A stretch of 64,000 nt of DNA from Tubulanus polymorphus (GCF_964204645.1 NC_134033.1:6286231-6350230); one strand, 5' to 3'. Numbered from the stretch's first letter, positions 21,089 to 32,023 are shown. Translations and numbers: made by a program. The notes: generated by a model from the sequence alone, not told the origin.

Positions 21089-22383
21089 AATGGATCTATA
21101 TCATCAAACTCGAAATCACTATTGGCTTCTTCATTTTCATTTAATTGTTCAGGTTCTTCTTCCATTCCATTTTTCTCATTTAAATAAAGTTCTATCTTGT
21201 TCCACATTTCATCTCGCTCTCTTTGTTTCTTTTTGTTTGTTAATTCATCAAATGGAATTATAATATCTAGGTTTAAATAATTTACAATCTTATTTAAAAA
21301 GAATTCATAATTTATTGAATCTGTTATTCTATTTTCCAAAAGATACATTAATATTTGTTTAAATATTTTTTTTATATTTTCCATATCTTCTTCTGTTAAT
21401 TTAGGTTTTTCATAATAATCGTTAAATAATAAATATAAATACATTTTCTTTTGTTTTGTGTTAAATGTTGGTGGAATAAATGTTTTTATAATATCTTTTT
21501 TAGTTATTTCACCATTTTTATTTTCTATTATTTTCATTTTTTCAAGCCATTGCATATATTCTGGTGTATGATCTTCTATAGAAAATATTTTAAAAATTTC
21601 ATCTAGATGATTTAATTTTGGTTCTATGAGAAAATCTCTAGTTTTTTCTTCACCCCATAAATTCTTTTGCCATCCACATTCAACACAAAATAACACAGTA
21701 CCTTCTTGCCTTAAGGTCGCATAACTACATTGTGGGCATTTTTGTTTATAATTTCTTGGTAATAGATCTTCATTAAGCTCTTGGTATTTTCTTACGTTTT
21801 CTTTATGTTTTATTGTTCTATTATGTAGATTTGAATTACTTGTTGTAATAATCAATTTACAATATTTACAATAATATGTTTTTCTTGTTAATTCATTATA
21901 TTGTTTTTCTAACTTTTCAACTGTTTCTTTATTATCTGGTAACGTTTTCTCATATTTTATTTTTTCTAATAAATTATTTTTTCTTTCATTGAATTCAGTT
22001 TCAAATTTATTAGAAATTTTATCTATATGTGCTTTACGAAATTGATGATTCTCCCAATCTTCTATATTTTCAGGGCTATATTTTACTTGACAAGGCTCAC
22101 AGAAATGATCTTTTATATTATCCTTATCATAGAATAAGAAAGGTCTTTTCCAAATAACTTCAGGTTCAACTTCAGCAGAATTACTATCAACATTAGCCGT
22201 TGCACCATTAATTCTACACTTCTCTGAATGTTTTTTAACATAATTTCTTGAGAATAATTTATTACATTTTGGACAGTTTATTTTAGGGGGTTTATAATTT
22301 TCATCATGTTTTTTCATATGTCGAGCCATATTACTTTTTCTTAGAAGTTCACCACAAATTTCGCATGCTATCTTCTCATCCAT
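21085..22383 (-). CDS. Multi-zinc-finger protein (C2H2/U1-like fingers plus a C4 ribbon)
   Basis: 432 aa: CEIC..H....H, CPKC..H...C, CEPC..H.....H, CKYC..H.....H, CPQC...CVEC; TAAATG start. Confidence 0.8.
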   Translation of the reverse strand: MDEKIACEICGELLRKSNMARHMKKHDENYKPPKINCPKCNKLFSRNYVKKHSEKCRINGATANVDSNSAEVEPEVIWKRPFLFYDKDNIKDHFCEPCQVKYSPENIEDWENHQFRKAHIDKISNKFETEFNERKNNLLEKIKYEKTLPDNKETVEKLEKQYNELTRKTYYCKYCKLIITTSNSNLHNRTIKHKENVRKYQELNEDLLPRNYKQKCPQCSYATLRQEGTVLFCVECGWQKNLWGEEKTRDFLIEPKLNHLDEIFKIFSIEDHTPEYMQWLEKMKIIENKNGEITKKDIIKTFIPPTFNTKQKKMYLYLLFNDYYEKPKLTEEDMENIKKIFKQILMYLLENRITDSINYEFFLNKIVNYLNLDIIIPFDELTNKKKQRERDEMWNKIELYLNEKNGMEEEPEQLNENEEANSDFEFDDIDPF

Positions 22384-22451
22384 TTATTAAGGAAAAATTT
22401 TATTAAAATTAATTTTTAGTGATGAGCGGTAATTTTTTTATGTTATAAATA

Positions 22452-23210
22452 ATGGTAGAATTAAAAGAAAACAGAATATTTGTTGATTCTAGAAAACTTA
22501 CAAATTATAAATCTCATAATTTATTAGTACAATTAGATAGAGAATTCAAGAATTGTGTAGATTTAAAATTAGTAAATATAAGTTTATGTAATTCTTTTTA
22601 TAATATATCGAATAAAACTATTGAACATAATACTTTTTTAATTCATATTAGAAATATAAATAAATGGTTTCATCTATTTCTAAGACCAGGATTATATAAT
22701 TTAAAAACATTATCTCAAGAAATTAATCGTAGAGCACGGTTGAAAATTAGAAAAGATGATAAATTTTTAATAAGATTTATAAAAAGTGATAGCTCAAATA
22801 GAATTAAAATAAAGGTATTTGATGAAAGTCAACATGCATTTATAGTAAAAAAACCTATAGCTAAATTGCTAGGAATTGAACCAGATGTTGTTACAGTAAA
22901 CGTAGAAGGTATTTCAAATATAATACCTTTTACACATTTTTATATTTATTGCAATTTAATTGACCCAACAAAAACATTTGAAGCAACTAAAGATACAACA
23001 TGTAATTCCAGTATATTAAATATTTTACCATTAAAAAATGTTAAAGAATTTGGAACGCAAATAAATTATAATTTAACAGAATGTGATTTCAAACCATGCA
23101 TTCCTCGTTTTAATAATTTTAGATTAGAAATTAGAAATCATAATGGATACTTAATTGATTTAAATAATTTCCCTGTAATTTATGAATTAGTTATAAGATG
23201 TAAAGAGTAA
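22452..23210 (+). CDS. Probable minor capsid (penton) protein
   Basis: 252 aa, beta-rich; PGLY, LLGI, FYIYCNLI and RLEIRNHNGYLIDLN patterns recalled from Polinton minor capsid proteins. Confidence 0.7.
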   Translation: MVELKENRIFVDSRKLTNYKSHNLLVQLDREFKNCVDLKLVNISLCNSFYNISNKTIEHNTFLIHIRNINKWFHLFLRPGLYNLKTLSQEINRRARLKIRKDDKFLIRFIKSDSSNRIKIKVFDESQHAFIVKKPIAKLLGIEPDVVTVNVEGISNIIPFTHFYIYCNLIDPTKTFEATKDTTCNSSILNILPLKNVKEFGTQINYNLTECDFKPCIPRFNNFRLEIRNHNGYLIDLNNFPVIYELVIRCKE

Positions 23211-23226
23211 TTTTTTCATTATATAA

Positions 23227-23568
23227 ATGAATATAACTGTTGGACCGAGTATATGTTTTGGGTTTGATTTTAAACATGGTAAAGAAATGAGAATTAAACT
23301 AAATGATGTAATTACTGATATAAAAAGTAAATTATTTAACAATGCGTCAATGATTGATAAAGAAAAGTATAATATAGAAAAAGTAATTGATTTAATTAAA
23401 TCACCTTTAGAATATTATGAATTAAATGAAGATGGAATTATTGATGATATTAAAAACATATTAACCAAAATATATGATAATCATAAAAGTAGTAATGAAA
23501 TAAATGTTGAATTAATAATCACTAAGTTAACTAAATATTTTGATGATAGTAATTTTTTTGATAAATAA
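23227..23568 (+). CDS. Hypothetical Maverick protein
   Basis: 113 aa with the conserved AATTTTTT...ATAAATG start; abuts the next ORF. Confidence 0.7.
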   Translation: MNITVGPSICFGFDFKHGKEMRIKLNDVITDIKSKLFNNASMIDKEKYNIEKVIDLIKSPLEYYELNEDGIIDDIKNILTKIYDNHKSSNEINVELIITKLTKYFDDSNFFDK

Positions 23569-23790
23569 ATGAGTGATAATAAGTGGATAATAACTGGATT
23601 ATATAATGGCGCATTACTATCAGTTGGAACTGTTGGTTATTCAATGGTATTAAAAAAAGTATTCAAAATGGGAAGTGTTAATGTTGATAGATTTGATATA
23701 AATGATATTTTAAAGTTAACATTAGCAGTTACTTTATCTAATTTAACTATTGATTATTTAGAAAAACAAAAATATATTCCTCCCATATAA
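23569..23790 (+). CDS. Small hydrophobic Maverick protein
   Basis: 73 aa, two hydrophobic helices, TAAATG start. Confidence 0.7.
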   Translation: MSDNKWIITGLYNGALLSVGTVGYSMVLKKVFKMGSVNVDRFDINDILKLTLAVTLSNLTIDYLEKQKYIPPI

Positions 23791-23814
23791 ATGCATAATT
23801 TTTTTGCTAAATAA

Positions 23815-24242
23815 ATGGCTTCTGCAATTATAACTATTATAGGATCGGCAATTGTTAACGCTTTATTTAGCATTTACTGGTGGTGGTTATTTATTTAAAC
23901 ATATTGATAAAAAATAGTTCATTAGGAGAACAAAGAAGACATAACTTAGCGTTAGAGAAATACAATAAAGCTGCAGAAGAATATAGAGAAAAGAGACAAA
24001 ACTATATGGATTACATCAATAAAGAATTATATGATCAGAAGATTTCACATAGAGATTTTCAATCAGTTGATGATGCAATGAGTTTATATAACGCAGTAAC
24101 AAATAAAGAAAAATTACATCTATACAAACCTAAATTATCAGATTATTATACACCAAGTAAAGAACAACAGAAATATGAAATAATATGGATTTTAGGTGGA
24201 ACTGTTATTGTTATATTTGTTGCTTATAAGTTTACTAATTAG
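23815..24242 (+). pseudogene. Frameshifted Maverick membrane protein (MASAIITIIGSAIVNALAFTGGGYLF...EQRRHNLALEK...TM)
   Basis: True ATG with motif at 23815. Removing a TTTA duplication (~23866) and one A in the run at ~23910 joins it to the 23880-24242 frame. Confidence 0.75.
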
Positions 24243-24261
24243 TAATTTTTATTCTAAATAA

Positions 24262-24696
24262 ATGGAAGATAAAGTTGATAGTATTGATATTATTCCTCAT
24301 GATATAAATAAAACTAAATTAAAAACATATTTAGAAAAACAAATATTAGAATTTGAAAGTGACTTAAAGATAAAAAAGAAAAAATATTTAAAAAGTAAAA
24401 TTATATATTATTTGATTATAAGTGGTTCGGTTACAATTAGTTCTGTAATAACATTTCTAGCAATATTCAGTCCATTAACACCATTAGCTATATCAATTGG
24501 TGTATTAGGATTAAGTTCAAGTGTTTTAACTGGTATAAGTTCAAAATTAAATATAAAAAGTAATAAAGAAAAAATTAAAACTAATATAAAAGAAATTAAT
24601 AAATTAAAGAACACACTAGATTATATAATAAGTTTAAATGGTCATATAACAGTTGAAGAACAAGATAAATTATTAAAAGAATTAATAAATTATTAA
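24262..24696 (+). CDS. Two-TM Maverick protein
   Basis: 144 aa, central hydrophobic hairpin flanked by basic coiled coils; TAAATG start. Confidence 0.75.
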   Translation: MEDKVDSIDIIPHDINKTKLKTYLEKQILEFESDLKIKKKKYLKSKIIYYLIISGSVTISSVITFLAIFSPLTPLAISIGVLGLSSSVLTGISSKLNIKSNKEKIKTNIKEINKLKNTLDYIISLNGHITVEEQDKLLKELINY

Positions 24697-24713
24697 TTTT
24701 TTTAATTATATAA

Positions 24714-26102
24714 ATGGTAGATAGTTTTCCAAAAGCTTTCCAATATAATAAATCAATTAAATATAATATTCCAGCAATAGATTTTAATAAAGATATTACA
24801 TATAGAAATGAAGTTTTAGATTCATTAATTGATTTATATATTTATGTTACTGAAACTAATAATTTTAATGCAAAGATGGAAAATATATTTCATGTATATT
24901 TAATTAATTTTAAAAAATTGAAAGATGAAAAACAATGGTTATTAAAATCTAATATGAAGTATTGGCAGAATCAATTAAATTTTGCTGTTTATTGTGCAAC
25001 AACAGGATGTGGAATTAGTTGGAATGATCATTTGAATAATTCTAAATATAAATTAATTCAAAGTTTATTTAGATTTCATACATACTTTCAAATCAGAATA
25101 ATATTAAATGAATTAGAGTGCGCTTTACCAGGATCTAGGTATTTCAAAGAATTGGATGATAATATTAATTTATCAAAGTTTTATAAAATTTGTAATGAAT
25201 TTAATATAGATATAAATAATTCTGATTTTAGAACAAAAATTGGAACAATAAGATCACTTCCTTGCCCTAGAAAGATTGCAGAATATTGTGCACTTCCCAT
25301 ACCATCTAATAGTTTTTATAATATCTATAATAATAAATTAGGTTATGGTAAAATAGAAACAAAGGATTTAGAAACATTAAATTTCAATAAATTACCAAAA
25401 TTTTATGATCATTTAAAACAAGAAAACAATAATGGTTGGGTATATTTTATTTTAGAGAATAGTGAAGGTTTTACTAAATCAGGTATAGAAAGAATAAATC
25501 AATCTATTAGAACTTATTTGATATGTATTTTAGGTGCGCAAGTTGAAACAAGATCACCGATAATTGGAAATTTGAATACATCATTCGATACACAAAAACA
25601 GTTTAAAGTTTTATTTGAAGATTCCATACATAATGATAAAAATAGATCGATTCCAGAAAACATTATAAGATATCAAAATTATTTAGATAAATCTCATGTA
25701 AGACTTAATTATTGTATAGGCCCTAATCTATTAATTATTTCTGATGATTTAGTACTAAAGATGGGAAATATAATTGGTTATAATAATCTAATTAAAACTG
25801 CAACAATAAATAATTCATTTGGGTTAAATGATATAAATAAAAAGATTATTACTGCTCCAAAATTAATGGAAGGTGAAAAAAATAAAAAACATATTCAATC
25901 AACAGAAACTAAAACTAAGAATATTAAATTGGTTAATGATTCCAAAATAAAAGATTATAATACATCAGAAAATAATAGAACTGATAATATTCAACATGAT
26001 ATAATTAAACTAAATGATGATAATAAATCCCATGAAAATACTAAATTAGCTATAACTTGTATAGGAATTGTAATCGGAGGAATATTATATTTTAAATTTT
26101 AA
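24714..26102 (+). CDS. Maverick hypothetical protein with C-terminal TM
   Basis: 462 aa, WQNQLNFAVYCATTGCGIS motif, C-terminal hydrophobic anchor; TAAATG start. Confidence 0.8.
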   Translation: MVDSFPKAFQYNKSIKYNIPAIDFNKDITYRNEVLDSLIDLYIYVTETNNFNAKMENIFHVYLINFKKLKDEKQWLLKSNMKYWQNQLNFAVYCATTGCGISWNDHLNNSKYKLIQSLFRFHTYFQIRIILNELECALPGSRYFKELDDNINLSKFYKICNEFNIDINNSDFRTKIGTIRSLPCPRKIAEYCALPIPSNSFYNIYNNKLGYGKIETKDLETLNFNKLPKFYDHLKQENNNGWVYFILENSEGFTKSGIERINQSIRTYLICILGAQVETRSPIIGNLNTSFDTQKQFKVLFEDSIHNDKNRSIPENIIRYQNYLDKSHVRLNYCIGPNLLIISDDLVLKMGNIIGYNNLIKTATINNSFGLNDINKKIITAPKLMEGEKNKKHIQSTETKTKNIKLVNDSKIKDYNTSENNRTDNIQHDIIKLNDDNKSHENTKLAITCIGIVIGGILYFKF

Positions 26103-26118
26103 TTTTTTTATTATATAA

Positions 26119-27564
26119 ATGGATGTAGAAGGTGTAGAAGATATTGGAATGGATCCTTTTTATGAACCTGGTATAACTGATGAACAACCACCTGATTTTG
26201 ATGAAACAAGTTTTAATGATGGTAATGAATCAGCATATAATTCTAATTTAGCAAGACCTGATACTAATGAATATGTTAATAAAGCACGTTCAAGATTGGA
26301 CATTGAAAATGAAAATCCAGATTTAATGAAAAAAGAACTAGAATATGACGAATTAACCGATAAATTCAAACCAATATTAGAAAAATCTGGATTCAATATA
26401 ACAAATAAAGGTGTGAATTATTTAGTAAAAGATTTGAAATATTTAAATGGTGATTATTATTGGCATTTGAAAAATGACTATTATTTTAAGATTTCTTCTA
26501 ATAAAAGTCTTGATAAAATAATAACAAAATCAACCTTTATTAAATTAGAACAATCTAGAATTAAGAAAATCATTGATGATGTAATAACTGATGTTACACA
26601 AGAAGAAAGAGATGATAATATAAAAGAATTTAATCGAAGAAATAATGATTTTTTGAAGATAATTAATGAAAATTTAGAACCAGAAACAATTCCTAAAGAA
26701 GATAAAACTTCCAAAACTAGTAGACCTAATTCAAGCGAAGTTCAAACTGAAAAACTTTTACCAAATGGATTACTTGATGCAACAAATCAACAATTAGAAG
26801 ATTTAAATATATTTTCTGATGAAGCAATTAGAGAAATTATTAGTATAAGACTTGCATCTGATAAAATTGCGCATGATAAAAGTATAAGAGATTTTAGGAT
26901 TAGAACTTTAGAAAAAGAATTAACTGATAAAAATAAAGAAATAGAAAAAATAAAGTCTGATTTAGATCATCAAGTAATTGATGAAATAGAATATAGGCAA
27001 AAAGAATTACGTTTAGAAAAAGAAAAAGATGATTTAAAATATAACATAGAATTACAAAAAGAAGAAATTAAATTATTGTTAAAATCATATGATTATAATA
27101 TTAATAGATTAAAAGTTATTTTTAAAGATTTGTTGATTAAACCAAATTCTGAAATATCATTGAAAGATAGAATAAAGTTATCATTTAAATTAGAAGGAAT
27201 AACAATTCTTTCAATTCTAACAGCTGTAACTATGTTATTTACAACAATTGGTTTAGCTATATCAAATGCTTTAAAATCTACTCCTACTCCCACTCCCAAT
27301 AAACCAGATAAACCTCCAGGCAATAATTCTATACAAGATAAAGTTAAGGATGGTTTAAAGAAATTAGCAAAATATTTATGGGAACTATCAAAGAAATCTG
27401 CTGCAGCATTACCAGGAGTTATTGCTTCAATTGTTGGTTTTATATTGAAATCTGCAGGAAACATTATTAACTTTGCTGCTGAACATATTATTTTATTTTT
27501 AATTACAGTTGTAAGTGCTATTATTTTTGGTTTAGTAAATATGATATCAAAAAATATCAAGTAA
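26119..27564 (+). CDS. Coiled-coil protein with C-terminal hydrophobic helices
   Basis: 481 aa: acidic N-terminus, long heptad region, GITILSILTAVTMLF and a terminal TM. Confidence 0.8.
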   Translation: MDVEGVEDIGMDPFYEPGITDEQPPDFDETSFNDGNESAYNSNLARPDTNEYVNKARSRLDIENENPDLMKKELEYDELTDKFKPILEKSGFNITNKGVNYLVKDLKYLNGDYYWHLKNDYYFKISSNKSLDKIITKSTFIKLEQSRIKKIIDDVITDVTQEERDDNIKEFNRRNNDFLKIINENLEPETIPKEDKTSKTSRPNSSEVQTEKLLPNGLLDATNQQLEDLNIFSDEAIREIISIRLASDKIAHDKSIRDFRIRTLEKELTDKNKEIEKIKSDLDHQVIDEIEYRQKELRLEKEKDDLKYNIELQKEEIKLLLKSYDYNINRLKVIFKDLLIKPNSEISLKDRIKLSFKLEGITILSILTAVTMLFTTIGLAISNALKSTPTPTPNKPDKPPGNNSIQDKVKDGLKKLAKYLWELSKKSAAALPGVIASIVGFILKSAGNIINFAAEHIILFLITVVSAIIFGLVNMISKNIK

Positions 27565-27610
27565 ACCATGATATCAAAAAATATCAAGTAAACCATGATA
27601 TCAAAAAATA
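27541..27610. repeat. 27-bp tandem repeat (~2.5 copies) at the end of the 481-aa gene
   Basis: ATGATATCAAAAAATATCAAGTAAACC repeated. Confidence 0.9.
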
Positions 27611-27635
27611 AATAATTAATTTTTTTGTTAAATAA

Positions 27636-28881
27636 ATGAGTGGGAGTTATATAAGCCCTTCCAAGATTTCTAGAATATCTAATGCTATTAAAGCAGAAAG
27701 ATCACATCATATAATTACTCATAACCCTTCAAATATTAATCCCGATGAAACTTTATATGTTAGAATTCCTAGATTAACACAAAATACTTTTTATATTCCA
27801 AATAGTATTTATTTATCAGCTGATATAAAAGTAATCGGTAATAATAATAATTATGTTGTTGATAATGTTGGAAGATATTTGATTAAAAAGTTAACAATAA
27901 AGATTGGTCCAGAAAGTTTTCTCATTAGATGATTATAATTTATTTATGCATTATAAAGATTTATGGTTAACTAAAGAAAATAGAAATAATATGATATTTC
28001 AAGGCATCCAATCAGAAAACCAAAATAAATTAAGATCAGAAGCTAATAGCGCAATATTAACAAATGATGTAGATAAATTGATAAAAAGTATATATGGAAG
28101 CAAATATAAAATTCCATTAGACTTTGAATTGATAAATAATAATGCACCTTTATATAAATACGCAATTCAAGAAGATATTATATTTGAGATAACATTTGCT
28201 CCTGTAAATGAAATTGTATTATCTAGCGTTAATAAAGATATGAGTTATAAATTATCGAATATATGTTTAGAATATGATACAGTAACTGATGAAAATATTT
28301 CAAGTATAATTCAAACTCAATACAATCAAGGGTTTTCATTATTATATGATTATATTGATAAATTTAAAACTGTAACTATTAATGCAAATGATGAAATAAT
28401 TAATGAGAATATTAACTTCCCAAGAAGATCTATTAAAGGTATATTAATATTTTTTACCATTGGAACGTATACTAATGGTGCAATAAATGTTGATAATTAT
28501 TATAATCCCGAAATAACAAAAGTAGAAATAACTATCGAAGGAATAGCGAATAAAATATTTTGTCAAGGAATGAGAATGATTGATCAATGGCCAGAAATTA
28601 GAAAACATTTTATGAATGAAAAAGTAAAATCATCTGAAAATTGTAACATTAATCAAATTGATTATTATACCGGTAATAAATATGCATTATGGTTAGATTT
28701 TAGAACAACTGAAGATAATTCATTACATGGTTCTGGGAAAAAACTACAAAATACAAAAGATGGAATACAATTATTCATGAAAAAGAATAAAGGAATCAAA
28801 AATTTTAAAATGCACATTTATATTATATCTGACGCACAATTAAATATTGTAAATTCTCAATTAGATAGTATTCAATATTAG
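27636..28881 (+). pseudogene. Major capsid protein (double jelly-roll), one frameshift at ~27912-27916
   Basis: The 98-aa and 325-aa ORFs overlap and join into a ~415-aa beta-rich protein (NPSNINPDETLYVRIP, VDNVGR, LSNICLEYD, PRRSIKGIL, LHGSG); position and size fit a Polinton MCP. Confidence 0.75.
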
Positions 28882-28911
28882 AAATATAAAGTTAAAATTA
28901 AGGATATATAA

Positions 28912-30039
28912 ATGAGTGGTAAAAAAACTCCTAATACTAAAGAACAATATTTAAGAAATTTATATTACAACCCTGAGAGTTTGGTTGCTTATTCTTCTAC
29001 TAAAAATATATGGTGTAAAGTAAAACAAGATAAATTAGATAAGATAATCCCACAAAATTTAGTTAAATATAAAGATATAAATGAATTTATGTTAGAACAA
29101 CCAACATATACAACACATAAAAAAATTGTTAGAAAATATAAAACTCGTAAAACTATGGTAAGTTATGTAGATCAACAGTGGCAAGGAGATTTAATTGATA
29201 TGAAAAATCTTAAAAAAGATAATAATGATTATTGGTGGTTATTGAATATAATTGATATTTTTAGACGTTATGTATGGAGTTTCCCACTTTATAGAAAAGA
29301 TGCTGCACAAACATCAAATGTTTTAAGAAAATTTCTTTCAGGTGGTAAACTAAAACCAGAAAAAATACAATTTGATGATGGAAAAGAATTTGATAATTCA
29401 TTAGTTCATGGACTTTTAGATTTTCATAATATTAAATATTTTTCAACAAAATCAGATAAAAAAGCAGCAGTTGTTGAACGATTTAATAGAACATTAAGAA
29501 CAAGAATGTGGAAATATTTTACAGCAAATAATACTTTTAAATGGATTGATATTTTACCAAAATTTATAGAAGGATATAATAATTCTTATCATTCTTCTAT
29601 TGGAATGAAACCTATTAATGCTAGAAAACCTGAAAATGCTGAAATTGTTTGGAATAATTTATATGGAGCATTTCTTATAGATGATTTTGGTGAACCTAAA
29701 TTTAAAGTTGGTCAAAATGTTAGAATTTCTAAGTATAAAAAGATATTTGATAAAGGATACGATCGAAATTTTACTAGGGAAATATATAAAATAAAAAAGG
29801 TAATAACAACAAAACCATATGTCTATAAATTAGAAGATTTAGATGGTGAAGAAGTTGATGGCTACTTTTACGAAGAAGAATTAAGTTTAACTACTGAAAA
29901 TCTAGAACAAGAATATAAAATTGAAAAAGTACTAAAAACAAAAACTGTTAAAAGAAAAAAATATTCTTTAGTAAAATGGGTTGGATGGCCAGATAAATTT
30001 AATGAATGGATATTATCAAGTAAAATTAAAAATATATAA
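28912..30039 (+). CDS. int: Retroviral-like (rve) integrase with C-terminal chromodomain
   Basis: WQGDL, IDIF, FDDGKEF, VERFNRTL (DDE); chromodomain YKIEKVL...LVKWVGWPDKFNEWI. Confidence 0.95.
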   Translation: MSGKKTPNTKEQYLRNLYYNPESLVAYSSTKNIWCKVKQDKLDKIIPQNLVKYKDINEFMLEQPTYTTHKKIVRKYKTRKTMVSYVDQQWQGDLIDMKNLKKDNNDYWWLLNIIDIFRRYVWSFPLYRKDAAQTSNVLRKFLSGGKLKPEKIQFDDGKEFDNSLVHGLLDFHNIKYFSTKSDKKAAVVERFNRTLRTRMWKYFTANNTFKWIDILPKFIEGYNNSYHSSIGMKPINARKPENAEIVWNNLYGAFLIDDFGEPKFKVGQNVRISKYKKIFDKGYDRNFTREIYKIKKVITTKPYVYKLEDLDGEEVDGYFYEEELSLTTENLEQEYKIEKVLKTKTVKRKKYSLVKWVGWPDKFNEWILSSKIKNI

Positions 30040-30648
30040 ATGAATAAGGAATTATTCATATTTGAGCCTCATAATATGTTAATTTCTGGCGTAACAAATT
30101 GTGGAAAAACTTATTTCATATTAAATTTATTAGAAACTGTTTACAAAAACTATTTTGATAATATAGTATTATTTTGTCCAACATATGAATTTAATCTAAC
30201 TTATGATAGAAATATTACTAGGAATAATAAATTTATTATATTAGATCCTAAAACAGTAAAAGAAAATTTAGATAATTGTATAAAAATAGCAATTGATATT
30301 TATAAAGGATCAAATACATTATTTATCATAGATGATTGTGCAAATTTACATGATTCAAAAATTAGAGAAAGTGAGTTATGCTATTTAGCTTTCTCTGGGA
30401 GACATTTTGGGATAACAACTTGGGTTTTAAATCAAAAATATAATTCAATTGTTAAAGACTTTAGAGAAAACATTAGATTTCTAGTTTTATTCTACAATAA
30501 AGATAGAAAATCAATGAAAAATGCACTTGAGGAAAATGATATTATTCCACATGATTTACATAATGAATATATGGATAAGTTGAAAAATATTAAAAGATCA
30601 AAATTACTATTTAGATTACAACACCCATTTAAATATGAATTTATTTAA
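30040..30648 (+). CDS. A32/FtsK-like genome packaging ATPase
   Basis: Walker A GVTNCGKT, Walker B FIIDD, SGRH arginine-finger motif, TTWVLNQ. Confidence 0.92.
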   Translation: MNKELFIFEPHNMLISGVTNCGKTYFILNLLETVYKNYFDNIVLFCPTYEFNLTYDRNITRNNKFIILDPKTVKENLDNCIKIAIDIYKGSNTLFIIDDCANLHDSKIRESELCYLAFSGRHFGITTWVLNQKYNSIVKDFRENIRFLVLFYNKDRKSMKNALEENDIIPHDLHNEYMDKLKNIKRSKLLFRLQHPFKYEFI

Positions 30649-30925
30649 ATTCAACTAGCTTGTTAATCTAATTGAATTCTAGTTGAATTCTAGTTATTGG
30701 TAGTTGTAACAAAAATCAACTAGATTTAACAATATTTTAACTAGCTTGTCAATCTAGTCTAATTCTAGTTACATTCTAGTTGAATTCTAGTTGTTAGTAG
30801 TTGAAACAAAAATCAACTAGATTTAACAAGAAATAAACAAAAACAACAATATTTCAACTAGCTTGTTAATCTAGTTGAATTCTAGTTACATTCTAGTTGA
30901 ATTCTAGTTCAATTCTAGTTGCAAC
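30649..30925. repeat. Intergenic repeat array (about three units built from ATTCTAGTTGA 11-mers)
   Basis: AACTAGCTTGTYAATCTA recurs three times; about ten (T)CTAGTT subunits. Confidence 0.85.
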
Positions 30926-30952
30926 AACACAACTAATTTATTTGTTTTATAA

Positions 30953-31559
30953 ATGGGAGGTGAAAAGAAAATAAAATCTAAAAATGGTGATGTTCCAATT
31001 AAAAAAAACTTTAGATAATTTAGGAATAACAGAAACAAAATTAACTCCAGATGATGGTGTTTTAAATAATGTTACAACAAATAATAATTATGAATATTAT
31101 CTTTATTGCAAACATCAATTAGAAATATTAATAGCATCTGGAAAATGTAAAAAATTTGTTGATAAAAATTTAACTTATAATGAATTAGACACAATGAAAT
31201 CAGTTGAAATTATTAGATTATTTAAGATTTATGAAGCCGCGAGAACAGCTAAAATTAATGACGCGATATCAGAAAATGTAGTAAAAGGTTATAGTAAATT
31301 ATGTAATTATATACTACCAATTGAAGATGAAAATAGATTATATTCCGATTTAAAAAATGATTATTTAGTTATGACTGAATTAAATAAGTGGATTGGATAT
31401 TTATCATTTCAATTAGGTGGATTTATGACATTATTATCAACCGGGGTTATAACATTTTCAAATATTGAAAGTAAAAATATTTCTATAATAAATGAGCGAA
31501 GTGAAAGAAGTGAAGGAATTAACTGTGAAGAAAAAACCGAGAACTCAGAAACAAATTGA
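30953..31559 (+). CDS. Hypothetical Maverick protein (probable +1 frameshift in the A8 run near 31005)
   Basis: The TAAATG start at 30953 goes out of frame at an A-run; the 191-aa ORF 30984-31559 covers the rest. Confidence 0.65.
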
Positions 31560-31860
31560 ATGGTCTCGACAATTAGGAATTAAATCACAAGAATATAAAA
31601 AAGCTGTAAAAGAAAAAATAAGTAATAAAAATGTTAATAAAAATGGTGAAAATATTGTTATTTCTACTCCTTCTGATAGTAGAATATTTGATAAATATCT
31701 ATATTTTACAGTTGGATTTGTAATTGTATTCATTTTGATTGGGTGTAATTGGTATAAGAAATCAGATAAAATTCATGATAGTAATAATTCTGAAACAACT
31801 GCTATCAAAAATGAAAATACTTCTGAAATTCCAAAATTGATAATAAAAAAAATGGATTAA
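31492..31860 (+). CDS. Single-TM Maverick protein
   Basis: 122 aa, TM YLYFTVGFVIVFILIGCNW; TAAATG start. Confidence 0.7.
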   Translation: MSEVKEVKELTVKKKPRTQKQIEWSRQLGIKSQEYKKAVKEKISNKNVNKNGENIVISTPSDSRIFDKYLYFTVGFVIVFILIGCNWYKKSDKIHDSNNSETTAIKNENTSEIPKLIIKKMD

Positions 31861-32023
31861 TATTTTAGAAAAAAAGCAAAAAAAATAATTTTTTTTAATT
31901 AATTGAATATTAATTGAATATCTCACTACTTTTGTCTATCTATGTGGAGCAATTAAATTGTCCAGATAAGTCATTTCGGATTCTAGATATTCATTATTTT
32001 TATTAATTTATTTTTTTTAAAAT

